Source of the DNA: the human T2T-CHM13v2.0 reference genome, Homo sapiens | DNA length: 64,000 nt | Direction: 5' to 3' (one strand) | Assembly: GCF_009914755.1 (NCBI RefSeq) | Contig: NC_060927.1 | Shown: in pieces, positions 1 to 13,976 of the stretch | Layout of the letters: every line of letters starts with the position of its first letter | Numbering within the stretch: the first letter of the stretch is position 1 | Position numbers and translations under genes: made by a program | Notes under the pieces: model-generated | What the model saw: only the letters and a program-made list of their open reading frames with translations | What the model was told of the DNA's origin: nothing | The model's database searches: none

Positions 1-589
1 GCTAGCTAAACATTGGTATAGGATTTTACTTTGAAACCTTTGGGATGTTTCCTCCATCTGCCAAGAGGCATTCTGCAGATAATCATCCTTCATGGTTTCA
101 AACCAAAAGGAAAAAAAGTTAAAGATTAAAACTGCCAGAAAACCATAGAGTTAACTTACTTCCATTCACAGGCCTGAGAGGAAGCCACAAAGGAATTTCT
201 GACAATTGCAATTTTTAAATATGCCAATAAAATGTTAACATTCGAGACTCATTAAGCAGATTTGTAGCATTCACTTCACATCTGATGTGCTAGGGCCTCA
301 GAAAATAGATTTTTTTACCCACTAGCGACAGTAAAGAAGACTCTGGCCACTGCAGTCCTTAACAAGGCAAAATAAAGCCTATTCTCCATGAGTTATGAGA
401 TGGCATAAAAAGAAGTAAGGATCTGCCCTGATAACATCCAGATAATGGTGGCTTGGGTATAATCTGCTGTGCCTCCAAATCAGGAGTTAAATGATAACAG
501 ATAGTTGTGGACTTTAAACCACCAACCTCCCTTGCTATACACCTCCCCACTCCGTACACCAGCAAGATATTATAAGAGGTTGTGGTGGA

Positions 590-3040
590 ATGATGAAGTG
601 AGAATTATCCCTGGGAGGCAAGTTTGGTTCAACATACATAAATCAATAAATGTGATCCATCATATTCACAGAGTGAAGGACAAAAACCATACGATCATCT
701 CAATAGATGCAGAAAAAGCATGTGACAAAAGTCAGCATATTTTTATAATTAAAACTCTCAACAAATTAGATATAGAAGAAATGTTCCTCAACACAATAAA
801 GGCTATATATGACAAGCCTACAGCTAACATTATACTCAACACTGAAAAGTCAAATGCTTTCCATCTAAGATCAGGAAGAAGACAAAGATGGCTACTCTAA
901 CTACTTCTGTTTAACATAGTACTAGAAGTCCTAGCCAGAGTGATTAGGCAAGAGAAAGAAATACAATGTATCCAAATAGGAAAATATGAATTGAAATTGT
1001 CTGTTTGCTGAGGACATGATCTTATATAGAAAATCCTAAAGACTCCACACCCAAAACCTACTAGAACTGATAAAAGCAGTAAAGTTGCAGGATACAAAAC
1101 CAACATGCAAAAATCAGCAGTGTTTCTATACACTAACCACAAACTGTCTGAAAAAAGAAACTAAGAAAATAATCCCACCTGCAATAGCATCAAAAAAAAT
1201 ACATAGGTGTAAATTAAACTAAGGAAAAAAAAGATGTGTATACTGAAAACTACAAAACACAGATGAAAGAAATAGAAAATGACACAAATAAATGGAAAGA
1301 TATCCCATGTTCATGGATTGGAAGAATTCAATCTAATTTAATTTAATAATACCAATTCAATTCAATCCAATTCAATTTAATAATATGAATTCTTCCAATC
1401 CTTGGATTGGAAGAATTCATATTATTAAATTGTCTATAGTAACCAAAGCAATCTACAAATTTAATGCAATCCCTATCAAAATTCTAACGTAATTCTTCAC
1501 AGAAATCGAAAAAAAATCCTAAAATTCATATGGAACCACAAAAGACACTGAAAAGCCAAAGCAATCGTGACCAAAAAGAACAAAGCTGGAGGCATCACAC
1601 TACCTGATTACAAAATATATTCCAAAGCAATAATAATCAAAATGGCATAGGACTGGCATAAAAACAGACACATCAACCAAAGGAATAGGATAGAGAGCTC
1701 AAAAATAAACCCACACGTCTACAGTCAATTAATTTTCAACAAAGGTGCCAAGAACACTAATGGGGAAAAGATGGTCTCGTCAATAAATTGTGCTTGAAAA
1801 GCCACAGATAAAATTTAAATGTCCTTCATCTCACTCTTATAAAAGAATCAACTCACAATTAGTTAAAGACTTAATGTAAGACCTGAAACTATAAAACTAC
1901 CAGAAGAAAACATAGGGGGAAACCTACATGACAGTGGTCTGGGCAATGATTTCTTGGAGATGACCCCAAAAACACAGGCAATGAAAGCTAAACAAATTAG
2001 ATTACATCAAACTAAAAAAAATGATTAATAGAGTGAAGAGACAACTCACAAATTGAGAGAAAATATTTTCAAATCATGTATCAGATAAGAAGCTAATATT
2101 CAAAATATATAAAGAACTCAAACTACCCAATAACAAGAAAACAAATAACCCCATTTAAAAAATGGACAAAGAACTTTAAAAGACACTTCTTAGAGGAAGA
2201 CATAGAAATGATCAACAGATGTATAAAAAATACTCAATATCTCTAATCATCAGAGAAATGCAAATTAAAACCACAGTGACATAGCAACTCACATCTGTTA
2301 GATAAGCTATTATTAAAAAGATAAAATATAACAAGTATTGCCAAGGATGTGAAGAAAAGGGAACTTTTATACACCGTCGGTGATATTATAAATTCATATA
2401 AACAGTATGGGGGATCTTCATAATACTAAAAATAAAATTACCATATGATCAAGCAATCTCATTACCAGGTATATACCCAGGGGAATTGAAATCAGTATGT
2501 TAAAAAAAAGTCTACATTTTCATGTTCATTGAAGCATTATTCGCAATAGTCAAGATATGAAAACAACCTGTGTCCATCAACGGATAAATGCATTTTTAAA
2601 ATGTGGTATATACACACAATGGAACCTATTCAGCCTTAAAAAACACAACAGGAAATTCTGTCATTTATGACAATATAGATGAACCTAGAGGGCCTGCATT
2701 ATATTAAGTAAAATAAGTCAGGCACAGAGACAAATATGTGATCTCACTTATACATGTAATCTAAAAAAGTCAAATTTATAGAAGTAGAGAGTAGAATGGT
2801 GGTTACCAGATCTGGGGGTGGAGAAGATGGGCAGGGAAAGGTGAGAGCTTGGTCAACAGACACAAAGTTACAATTAGATAGAAGTGATAAGTTCTGGTGT
2901 TCTATTGCACAGCAAGTCGACTACAGTTAATAATAATGTATATTTCAAAGTAGCTAAAAGAGAGTATTTTTAATGTTCTCACTGCAAAGAACTGATAACT
3001 ATTTGAAGTGACAGATATGCTATTTAACCAGATTTGTTTC
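590..3040 (+). mobile_element. Old 5'-truncated LINE-1 (L1MA-type): ORF2 RT/C-terminal remnant plus 3' UTR
   Basis: ORF 505..900 contains L1 RT motifs ([33 protein letters not shown]); frameshifted downstream; L1MA-type 3' UTR (gaagtagagagtagaatggtggttaccaga...). Confidence 0.9.
1373..1432. repeat. Perfect inverted repeat, 29-bp arms with a 2-nt loop
   Basis: caatttaataatatgaattcttccaatcc-tt-ggattggaagaattcatattattaaattg; the arms are exact reverse complements. Confidence 0.95.
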
Positions 3041-3136
3041 ATAGAGCTATAGTTCTAGAGTGGATCCACAGAACTCTGTTATCAATTTTTTTCAGAGAGG
3101 TAGAAAATGTGAGTTTTATTAAAATGTGCTATTTAC

Positions 3137-3505
3137 TGTATTATTTCATTCTCACACTGCTATAAAGAACTACCTGAGACTGGGTAATTTATAAAGGAAA
3201 GAGGTTTAATTGACTCACAGTTCCACATGGCTGGGGAAGCCTCAGGAAACTTACAATCATGGTGGAAGGCACCTGTTCACAGAGTGGCAGAAGAGCGAAT
3301 GAATGAGTGCTGAGCAAAAGGGGAAGCCCCGTAAAAAAGCATCAGATCTCATGAGAACTCACTCACTACCAAGAGAACAGCACCATGGGGGTAACTGCCT
3401 CCATGACTCAATTAACTCCCATTGGGTCCATCCCACGATATGTGGAGATTACGGGAACTACAATTCAACATGAGATTTTGGTGGGGATACAGCCAAGTCA
3501 TATCA
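3137..3505 (-). mobile_element. MaLR solo LTR (MSTA/THE1 type)
   Basis: tgtatt...cacactgctataaagaactacctgagactgggtaattt...caggaaacttacaatcatgg...catatca; 5-bp TSD tttac/tttgc. Confidence 0.9.
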
Positions 3506-4129
3506 TTTGCATAACATAATTTCTGGAATATTCTTGCTAATGTCATTAAATCTATACAAAGACCTGATTCTGAAAGACCAGGAGGTTGTAAGAGATATCA
3601 ATAAGCATTTGTACAAAAAGTTTAATATTAGAAGATGTTTTCTCTGGAAAGCTGTGACAAACAGGTTAGTGCCAAAATGGCCATCAAGAAACCCTTATTA
3701 ACAAGAACATAAGTTCCTCTAGACTAACCTTACTGCTGTGTATATCCCTGAAATCCCACAATAGCAGTAATGATAGAGTCCAGTCTTCCTTTGCCTTCAT
3801 CCGCTCCTCACTTAGTCAGTAGTGAGGGTAAACTCTCACCTTAATTTCTAGCCATTTGTCAAAGCTTTCTTTGCTGAGGTCTTGTCCATTATTCAAAGCT
3901 TATCTTACTAAGGTCTAAATATGCAAAGACTTCAACTGAGATTTTCTAATAGTGCTTCCCATGTTCTACATTGCTTAGTATTATATATGGAATAATTATG
4001 ATTGTGGTTATTTGTGTACTCCATCTCTCCAACTGTACCTTAAGCTCTACAAGGGCAGAGTCTTGCACCAGAAGCACAGGATTTGATAGGTGCTTGATAA
4101 ATTAATGTAGCTTACTTGATAGGGTGAAG

Positions 4130-4235
4130 GAAGGAGTAGGGAAGAAGAGAAGAAAGAGAAATAAGGAAGGGAAGAGGAAAGACAGGGAGAAGAAGAGAGA
4201 GGAAAGGAGAAAGAGGCAGAAGAAAAAATGGATAG
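4130..4235. repeat. GA-rich polypurine low-complexity tract
   Basis: About 100 bp of almost pure A/G. Confidence 0.85.
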
Positions 4236-4239
4236 ATGA

Positions 4240-4550
<311 letters not shown>

Positions 4551-4994
4551 AACACTTTTAAGCATAAAAAAAAAAAGAAAGAAAAAAGATTATGTTTCTC
4601 CTCAAAAAGCTTCTGACCTAGTTGGGTAGATAGAAATATATTTTTTTATAACAGGAGGTCCATATTAGATGAATTATAACCACACAGTCTAGTACTTGGC
4701 CTCTAAAAGGAATACTATAGGAATTCAAATATGAAGGTCAGCATGGCTGCAGAACTCAGAGAAGGTTTTATGAAATGGAGGGGATTTTTTTTTGCTGGAA
4801 CATGAAGAAAGTGGTGAAACGGATAAGCAAAAATGAAAGAGGATGGCAAGTCCTAGAATGTTCCTTGATATTCTATCTCCCTTCTCGTATTTGTCATTAG
4901 TGATTAGTGGTTTCTGCTTTGAATAGCACAGTAATTGCAGCTTGACTTTCTTAGGCATGGAGAATAATTTTCACCCCAATAGAAAATAAACACC

Positions 4995-5190
4995 AACATT
5001 TAATGGATACACTTACTATGTATCAGGTCCTGTGCTAGGAACAGAACATAAATCACATAATCAGATCCTTAGACAAACCACCATGATTACGTCCTCTCTA
5101 CAGATAAGAAAACTGAACAGAGGCCAAGAACCTTGCTCCATATCACACAACTGGAAACAGCTGATAGAAGAATCAACCACTGATGCTTAG
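4995..5190 (-). mobile_element. MIR
   Basis: acttactatgtatcagg...tacagataagaaaactgaa...ttgctccatatcacacaactgg resembles the reverse MIR core. Confidence 0.65.
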
Positions 5191-5357
5191 AAAGTTTGGA
5201 AGAGCAGAAGCAGACCCTCCAATTACCTCACACATTTTTCATTTTGATGATAACACAGAGTTTACTTGACAGCAAAATTTTCTGTGGTTAACCTAAGTTT
5301 TTGTCTTTACATCCTATATCTAAGTTTTCAGAAGTCTGGATATGAGAAGATGAGAGA

Positions 5358-5996
5358 CCATGCTGGAAATTTTCATTTAGCCCTTGATATGGTTTTTCTG
5401 TGTCCCCACCCAAATCTCATCTTGAATTGTAGCTCCCATTATTCCCACATGTTGTGGCAGGGACCTAGTGGCAGATAACTGCATAATGCAGGCAGTTTCC
5501 CCCTTACTGTTCTCCTGGAGGTAAATAAGTCTTACAAGATCTGATGGTTTTATAAGGAGTTTCCCCTTATGCTTGACTCTCATTCTCTCGTCTGCCACCA
5601 TGTAAGATGTGCCTTTCACCTTCTGCCATGATTGTGAGGCCTCCCCAGTCATGTGGAATTGTGAGTCCATTAGACCTCTTTTTCTGTATAAATTACCCTG
5701 TCTCAGGTATATCTTTACCAGCAGCATGAAAACAGACTAATACAGCCCTTCAGATCCACTCCCCACTCTTCATCCTGCTCCGTGCCCCAACAGGTGATCT
5801 GTGGAGCCTGCAGCAGTGCATCTGCTCTTTAGCTTCCCAGAGAGGTTATCCAGCAGAATGCACCCACAGGCAATCAGGAAGGAGAGAGAGAGGTCAGGGT
5901 CCGTATTCTCCGGATACCCACCCTGCTGGGCCACCTCAGGTTGGTGTCCTGTACTAAAGGTGGAGGATCTAGAGGATCCTAGTAAATCTCGATTTC

Positions 5997-6030
<34 letters not shown>

Positions 6031-6170
6031 CTCCCAGCCCCTACCAATTCCCCTGTTCTCCAATGTAATAATTTTTTTCCTTTAACCTTTCCAGGCCTAA
6101 AAATTTGCCTACCATCAGCCTCTTTCACCCTTTGCTTCTTTTTCTATGCTCAAACATGTATAGAGTCCTT
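5358..6170. mobile_element. Old ERVL LTR (LTR33-like) interrupted by THE1
   Basis: tttcatttagccct|THE1|tcagatccactccccactc...ctgctccgtgcccc resembles LTR33; contains a (CT)n run at about 5995-6030. Confidence 0.55.
5385..5744 (+). mobile_element. THE1 solo LTR (ERVL-MaLR)
   Basis: tgatatggttt...ccccacccaaatctcatcttgaattg...gactaataca; perfect 5-bp TSD gccct. Confidence 0.95.
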
Positions 6171-6185
6171 TTACACCATAAAATG

Positions 6186-6680
6186 CAGCAATACCACTTC
6201 TGGTATACATTCAAAGGGATTGAAATCAGTATGTTGAAGAGATACCTACATTCCCATGTTCATTTCAGCATTACTCACAATTGCCAAGATATGGAATAAA
6301 CCTACGTGTCTATCAACGAATGCATAAAGAAAGAAAATGTGGTATACATACACAATGGAATATTATTAAGCTTTTGTTTTTAAAAGAGAAGGAAATCCTG
6401 TCATTTGCTGCAACATGGATGAACCTGGAGGACATGATAAGTGAAATAAGCCAAGGACAGAAAGGCAAATACTGCATGATCTCACTTACATGTGGAATCT
6501 AAAACAGTCGAACTCATAGAAGCAGAGCACAGAATGCTGGTTTCCAGGGTCTGGGAGGGTAGAATGAGAAAAGGGGAGATGTCTGTCAAATGCACAGAGT
6601 TTTAGTTAAACAAAAGGAATAAGATTTTGAGATCTCTCGCATAGGCTGGTGATTATAGTTAATAACAATGTGTATTTTTA
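6186..6680 (+). mobile_element. L1MA 3'-end fragment
   Basis: ORF2 tail (ILSFAATWMNLEDMISEISQ) followed by L1MA-type 3' UTR. Confidence 0.85.
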
Positions 6681-6739
6681 AAAAGAGTCTCCTTAAATTT
6701 TCCTCAATTACAAAACTTAAGTTTTCTGCAGTGAGCCTG

Positions 6740-6960
6740 ACTAACACAGGTGATAAGTTTGTGAATTAGAATAGTGATATTTAAAATAAAAGGAAAGGTC
6801 CAGATCTGAGGTACATTTTGGAAGAAGGAACATCATTGAATGAAATACTGAAAAGAGGTAAGAAAAGCAGAATAATATCAAAAATCATCAAAGATTTTTG
6901 GGTCCAGGTAATCTGGAAAATGATAATACTGACAGAAATAGGAATATTATTAATGGAAAC
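6740..6960 (-). mobile_element. L2 fragment
   Basis: agatctgaggtacattttggaag...aagatttttgggtcc resembles reverse L2. Confidence 0.45.
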
Positions 6961-7059
6961 TTAGGAGTTCTTCCTGTGAATATCTGTCTCTTCATTTGAA
7001 TGTCTGTTTGGGGAACTAAAATTTTTTTGTTAAAAAGAAATAAGACAAGACGATAAAAT

Positions 7060-7505
7060 TAAAGTCTACACTGCTCCTACTAGTCCCCTTTACCAGAGAA
7101 ATCTATATCATAAATTGAATATGCATTCTTACAAACTATTTTTATATGTTATTTACATAAATGTGTATCCTGGTCCAAGGACATTATTATTCTAACAATA
7201 CAATTATAAAATGATATGTGGTTTATTTAATAAACTACAAATCACGATTTCCATAATTTGGCAACTTAAAATTTTTACTCAAAATTATGTTTTGAAGATC
7301 TATCCATGTTGGCATATACACCTCTACTTCATTTTTTTTTTAACAGTTATGCAATAATTGGTCAAAATTGCTTTATCTGTTTGCTTTATCTGTTCCTCTA
7401 CCAACAAACTTTTCACTATAATAAACAATACTTCAGTGAACCTCCTTCTCTAAGTCACCTTAGGAGAATTTCTGTAGGGTTCCCGTGGCATTGCTGGGCC
7501 ATAAA
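7060..7505 (-). mobile_element. L1ME-type 3' fragment
   Basis: attatgttttgaagatctatccatgttg, tttcactataataaacaatac, ggcattgctgggccata. Confidence 0.55.
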
Positions 7506-8997
7506 AAACAAAATGAGTTTAGAAACTTTTATTTTTGAGGTTTAGGCTATGTGATCGGGCATCAAAATGGAATTTTAACAGTAGTCATTAGTAAACATTG
7601 GCCTAAAGAAAAGATAAAATGAAGATAAAGATATCCGTTTGTAGTGATATTTCTACTTCTTTTTTCAGCTAGGGGATGAAAATAGCACTGTTCACCAGGC
7701 CGTAAACCAGGCACCTTGCAATCATTATCTCATTTAGTTTTCACATATACCCTTCAAGAGATAACTGACATTCACTAATGCCTCATTGTAGGTAATAGTT
7801 TCCATCTCCACTATAACTCCCTTTTCTTTTAATCAGAACAATATAACAGATAGGAAATTCCAACTGTTTGAAGTGTATCCTTTTTTAAAATCATCTTTTC
7901 CAACGTAAACAAAGAGTAAAGTCACTAATAAAGAAATAACGAGAAACTTGAAGGCAACAGGAAAAGTAGAAGCCGAATAATCCACAAAGTAGTCAAACCC
8001 TGGAGAAATCAGGAACTGACTCTACTTGAATCCTTAAAATTAATTTGTCCTCCCAATGAGGGTTTGCTGGTTTGAGGCAAAAAGATCTATTCTTCAATTA
8101 ACTGAAGATGTCAAACTTGCATTAGAAACCCTCGATAACTCCTGACAGTGAAACAAATTAGGATTTACCCTAGATAAACATAGGCCACATTTATTAGAAT
8201 CCTCATAATAAAGCTATACCATCAGGTAAAATAAACTATATTTTTCCAGAACATGATGGTTTTAAGACAAAGGCAAAACATAAAAGAGAAAAAAAATTCA
8301 GATATTTCTCCAACCCGTTCAGAAAGGCTGTACCTAGAGGGCTTTGAGGGTTTCCTTTTGTTTCCTGTTGTGTTACCTCTTCAACTTCATTCTACCATCA
8401 GCTACTGAGATCAATAGCCCAAGGTTGGGCATGGAGGAGCTTCACGGACAAGCAGCAGAAGCTAGTGTCTCTGGTGTCACTAAACTCTAAGTTGAGAATT
8501 GTTCTTGGTTTTCAGATAAACAGTAAACTGTCCAGGAGCTAAGATTTGCCAAATTTTCTTTCTCTGATGCCCATACTGAATAAATGGGAAGATAATTTTC
8601 CTTAGGAGAGCTGTGCACAGAGTTAACCTTAGGAATACAGGCAGTAATAATAAAACAATAACTAATGTTTTGCAGTAGTGTGCTGTTTTATTTACTATTC
8701 ACAACACCCTAGAGAGGCAGCTATCACTGAGGCTCACTCACACAGCTGCCTAAGGATACAAAATGGGCAAATGACAAAGTTGAGACTGATATCCATGGTT
8801 TCTGACTCATCATTCTCCTATCAGTACTATCCTGCCTAGCTTTTAGTAGGTGTTTATTTGATATTTGTGAATAAAGGACTCTCTTCGTTGTAATCCCACC
8901 TGTCTCCTACCCACCTATCTGAATTGCCTGACATTCAATGATCAGCCATTCAGCCCTCTAGTGGAAGAAATTATTCCCTATTAAAGCGCAAATATCA

Positions 8998-9135
8998 GGG
9001 CCTAGTGTGGCAACTCATGTCGGTAATAGCAGCACTTTGGAAGGCCAAGGCTGAAGGATCACTTGAGACCAGGAGTTTGAGGCTGCAATGAGCTATGAAG
9101 GCATCACTGCACTCCAGCCTAAAATAAATAAATGA
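8998..9135 (+). mobile_element. Alu monomer (FRAM-like, or AluJ with inter-arm deletion)
   Basis: cagcactttggaaggccaagg...gaggctgcaatgagctatg...actgcactccagcct followed by an A-rich tail. Confidence 0.8.
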
Positions 9136-9425
9136 ATTAAGTGCAAATATAAAGAGCTATACTTTTTTAAAAATAATGTTTGACCTAGTAATTCCATTCT
9201 TAGGAATAATTCAACCAAAGCAAACTACTAAATACATGAGCTGTTTGGTGTGGTATTTTCTGTGATAAGTAAAAGAAAAGAAAGAAAGAGATAAGGAGGT
9301 CAGGAAAGAGATGGAAACTAGAAAAAACAATTTCTGGAAATAACCCAAATGCCCAACAATAGGGGAATAAACTATAGTATATCGAAGGCTAGAACAGTGT
9401 TTTTCAAACTGTAGGTTGCTATTCA

Positions 9426-10293
<868 letters not shown>

Positions 10294-10356
10294 TATGATG
10301 TTAGCTGGTGATTTTGCTCATTAGTTGATGCAGTTTCTTCCTAGCCTCCATGGTCT

Positions 10357-11373
10357 TTACAATTTGGCATGTTTTTGCAGTGGCCGATACCAGTTGTTCC
10401 TTTTCATGTTTAGTGCTTCCTTCAGGAGCTCTTTTAGGGCAGGCCTGGTGGTGACAAAATCTCTCAGCATTTGCTTGTCTGTAAAGGATTTTATTTCTCC
10501 TTCACTTATGAAGCTTAGTTTGGCTGGATATGAAATTCTGTGTTGAAAATTCTTTTCTTTAAGAATGTTGAATATTGGCCCCCACTCTCTTCTGGCTTGT
10601 AGAGTTTCTGCAGAGAGATCCGCTGTAAGTCTGATGGGCTTCCCTTTGTGGGTAACCCGACCTTTCTCTCTGGCTGCCCTGAACATTTTTTCCTTCATTT
10701 CAACTTTGGTGAATCTGACAATTATGTGTCTTGGAGTTGCTCTTCTCGAGGAGTATCTTTGTGGCGTTCTCTGTATTTCCTGAATTTGAATGTTGGTCTG
10801 CCTTGCTAGATTGGGGAAGTTCTCCTGGATAATAACCTGCAGAGTGTTTTCCAACTTGGTTCCATTCTTCCCATCATTTTCAGGTACACCAATCAGACGT
10901 AGATTTGGTCTTTTCACATAGTCCCATATTTCTTGGAGGCTTTGTTCATTTCTTTTTATTCTTTTTTCTCTAAACTTCCCTTCTCACTTCATTTCATTCA
11001 TTTGATCTTCCATCACTGATACCCTTTCTTCCAGTTGATCGCATCGGCTCCTGAGGCTTGTGCATTTGTCACGTAGTTCTTGTGCCATGGTTTTCAGCTC
11101 CATCAGGTCATTTAAGGACTTCTCTGCATTGGTTATTCTAGTTCGCCATTCATCTAATCTTTTTTCAAAGCTTTTAACTTCTTTGCCATGGGTTCAAACT
11201 TCCTCCTTTAGCTCGGAGTAGTTTGATTGTCTGAAGCCTTCTTCTCTCAACTCGTCAAAGTCATTCTCCGTCCAGCTTTGGTCCGTTGCTGGTGAGGAGC
11301 TGCGTTCCTTTGGAGGAGGAGAGGCGCTCTGATTTTTAGAGTTTCCAGTTTTTCTGCTCTGTTTTTTCCCCAT
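10357..11373 (-). pseudogene. L1 ORF1p, full 1017-nt span with two in-frame TGA stops
   Basis: ATG at 11373 (MGKKQSRK); TGA at 11194-11196 and 10984-10986, consistent with CGA>TGA CpG decay; C-terminal 186 aa appear in the ORF track. Confidence 0.9.
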
Positions 11374-12431
11374 CTTTGTGGTTTTATCTACCTTTGGTCT
11401 TTGATGATGGTGACGTACAGATGGGTTTTTGGTGTGGATGTCCTTTCTGTTTGTTAGTTTTCCTTCTGACAGTCAGGACCCTCAGCTGCAGGTTGTTGGA
11501 GTTTGCTGGAGGTCCACTCCAGACCCTGTTTGCCTGGGTATCAGCAGCGGAGGCTGCAGAACAGCGGATATTGGTGAACAGCAGATGTTGCTGCCTGATC
11601 GTTCCTCTGGAAGTTTTGTCTCAGAGGAGTACCCAGACATGTGAGGTATCAGTCTGCCACTACTGGGGGATGCCTCCTAGTTAGGCTACTTGGGGGTCAG
11701 GGACCCACTTGAGGAGGCAGTGGGACTGTAAACTAGTTCAACCATTGTGGAAGACAGTGCGGCAATTCCTCAGGGATCTAGAACTAGAAATACCATTTGA
11801 CCCAGCCATCCCATTACTGGGTATATACCCAAAGGATTATAAATCATGCTGCTATAAAGACACATGCACACGTATGTTTATAGTGGCACTGTTCACAATA
11901 ACAAAGACTTGGAACCAACCCAAATGTCCAACAGTGATAGACTGGATTAAGAAAATGTGGCACATATACACCATGGAATACTATGCAGCCATAAAAAAGG
12001 ATGAGTTCATGTCCTTTGTAGGGACAGGGATGAAGCTGGAAACCATCATTCTCAGCAATCTATCGCAAGGACAAAAAACCAAACACCGCATGTTCTCACT
12101 CATAGGTGGGAATTGAACAATGAGAACACTTGGACACAGGAAGGGGAACGTCACACACTGGGGCCTGTTGTGGGGTGGGGGGAGGGGGGAGGGATAGCAC
12201 TAGGAGATATACCTAATGTTAAATGACGAGTTGATGGGTGCAGCACACCAACATGGCACATGTATACATATGTAACTAACCTGCATGTTGTGCACATGTA
12301 CCCTATAACTTAAAGTATAATAATAAAAAAAGAAACTTACAATCATAGCAAAAAAAAAAAGGGAGAGATTAAAATATTTCAGTTGATCAAAGTCAGCATT
12401 TTTTTTAATGAAATGATTAAGAAAGAAAATA

Positions 12432-12674
12432 CACCCCTCCCTCAGGATATTCGCAGATTGGTTCCAGGACCCCTACATGTAACAAAATTCACACATACTC
12501 AAGTCCCACAGTTGGCCTAGTGGAACTTGGGTATAGGAAAATTTGGCCCTCCATATACTGAGTTTCACTTCCCGCCAATACTGTATTTTCATTTTCAATC
12601 CATGATTGGTTGAAAAAGGTCCACATGGAAGTGGACCTGTGCAATTCAAACCCATGTTGTTCAAGGGTAAACTG
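12432..12674. mobile_element. MER8 (TcMar-Tigger MITE)
   Basis: gattggttccaggacccc...ttcaaacccatgttgttcaagggtaaactg; TA dinucleotides on both sides. Confidence 0.8.
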
Positions 12675-12765
12675 TAGTATAAAACAGAATAAAATGAAAT
12701 AGAAAATATCAGACTACATCATTCCTTGTGAGGGTAAGAATTATCTCATAAAACCTTTATTTCTC

Positions 12766-13082
12766 GGCCGGGCGCAGTGACTCACGCCTGTAATGCCAGC
12801 ACTTTGGGAGGCCAAGGCGGGTGGATCACGAGGTCAAGAGATAGAGAACATCCTGGCCAACATGGTGAAACCCCGTCTCTACTAAAAATACAAAAATTAG
12901 CTGAGGGTAGTGGTGCGCACCTGCCTCTACCTGCCTCTAGTAGTTAGTCCCAGTTACTCCGGAGGCTGAGGCAAGACAATCGATTGAACCCAGGGGGCAG
13001 AGGTTGCAGTGAGCCGAGATTGTGCCATTGCACTGCAGCCTGGCGACAGAGCTAGACACCGTCTAAAAAAAACCCAAAAAAA
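12766..13082 (+). mobile_element. AluSc
   Basis: ggatcacgaggtcaagagat diagnostic; 16-bp TSD aaaacctttatt(t/g)ctc. Confidence 0.93.
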
Positions 13083-13888
13083 CCTTTATTGCTCTGTAAA
13101 TATGAATGTGTTTACGTGTATGTATACCAAGTACAACGTAAAAGGTGTTTTAGTATGGAAAATGGCAAAAAAAATTTGAAGTGCACTGGCCTAGGTTATT
13201 ATTCATTCATTAGAATTTACTTGAGAGAAATTCTGGAGGAAATTTATAATAATGTTAAAGAAAAAGTTGGTCACAAAGTGGTGTAGATATTAGGATGGCA
13301 ATTATAGAAAATATGAATGTGTATACATAAATGACAGGAAAGGCATGAGAAAACAGTCATTGTTCTAAGAAGATATATGTGATTATTACCCCTCATTTTG
13401 TTTTTTTATTTCTAATCTGAGACAAAAAGATCTACAATTAACTCTAGTGCAGACTAGCCTTAAACTCTGTTGTAAATTCCAATAAATAAAGCAAATCAGA
13501 ATGCACTTCAAGCAAGCAAAGAACCAATCTACTGAGGATACTTATAAATGAAACTAGTACACCAGATACATAAAATATGCCTGGTGGATGGAACAAAACA
13601 TTTCTAAGCCCAAGAGCATGTTTCTTTCTTTATACACATGCCAATGCTGAGAGGGATAGCCAACTAAATCATCTCTTGTTCATTTATACCTTAGCATTAC
13701 TTAGTGTACCTGGTCCCTTCCAATAAAAGAGTTAGCTTGTGCCAAGAATAGATAAAATTGCTAATGGTGAGAATAAATTGTAAAAAGAGGCAATAGAAGA
13801 TGCTAAGTTGTTTCTCTTCAGCATCTTCTAGTATCTCTTTTTAATTCATAATTTGCTTAAAATTGGCTGTTTCATAGAAAAGTATCTT

Positions 13889-13976
13889 GTGACCATCATA
13901 AAGATGAATGAGACCCATATCAAGTTAAAGTACTTCATGAAGCCACTTTAGCTAGTCTGGAGTTACTCTGGGTAAG
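13889..13976 (+). repeat. Local duplicate, copy 1 (partner at 15903-15990)
   Basis: Ungapped 88-bp alignment with 16 mismatches by hand count. Confidence 0.85.

Noticed and set aside
359-565. Short ORFs in unique DNA, here and at 15465, 24057, 25110, 48848 and 56033
   Set aside because: No recognisable homology, no consistent exon chain, and lengths expected by chance.
11429-11644. 71-aa ORF antisense to the L1 5' UTR, same length as L1 ORF0
   Set aside because: ORF0 lies further upstream in the 5' UTR, in a part absent from this copy; this ORF starts at a non-ATG codon and the length match is coincidental.
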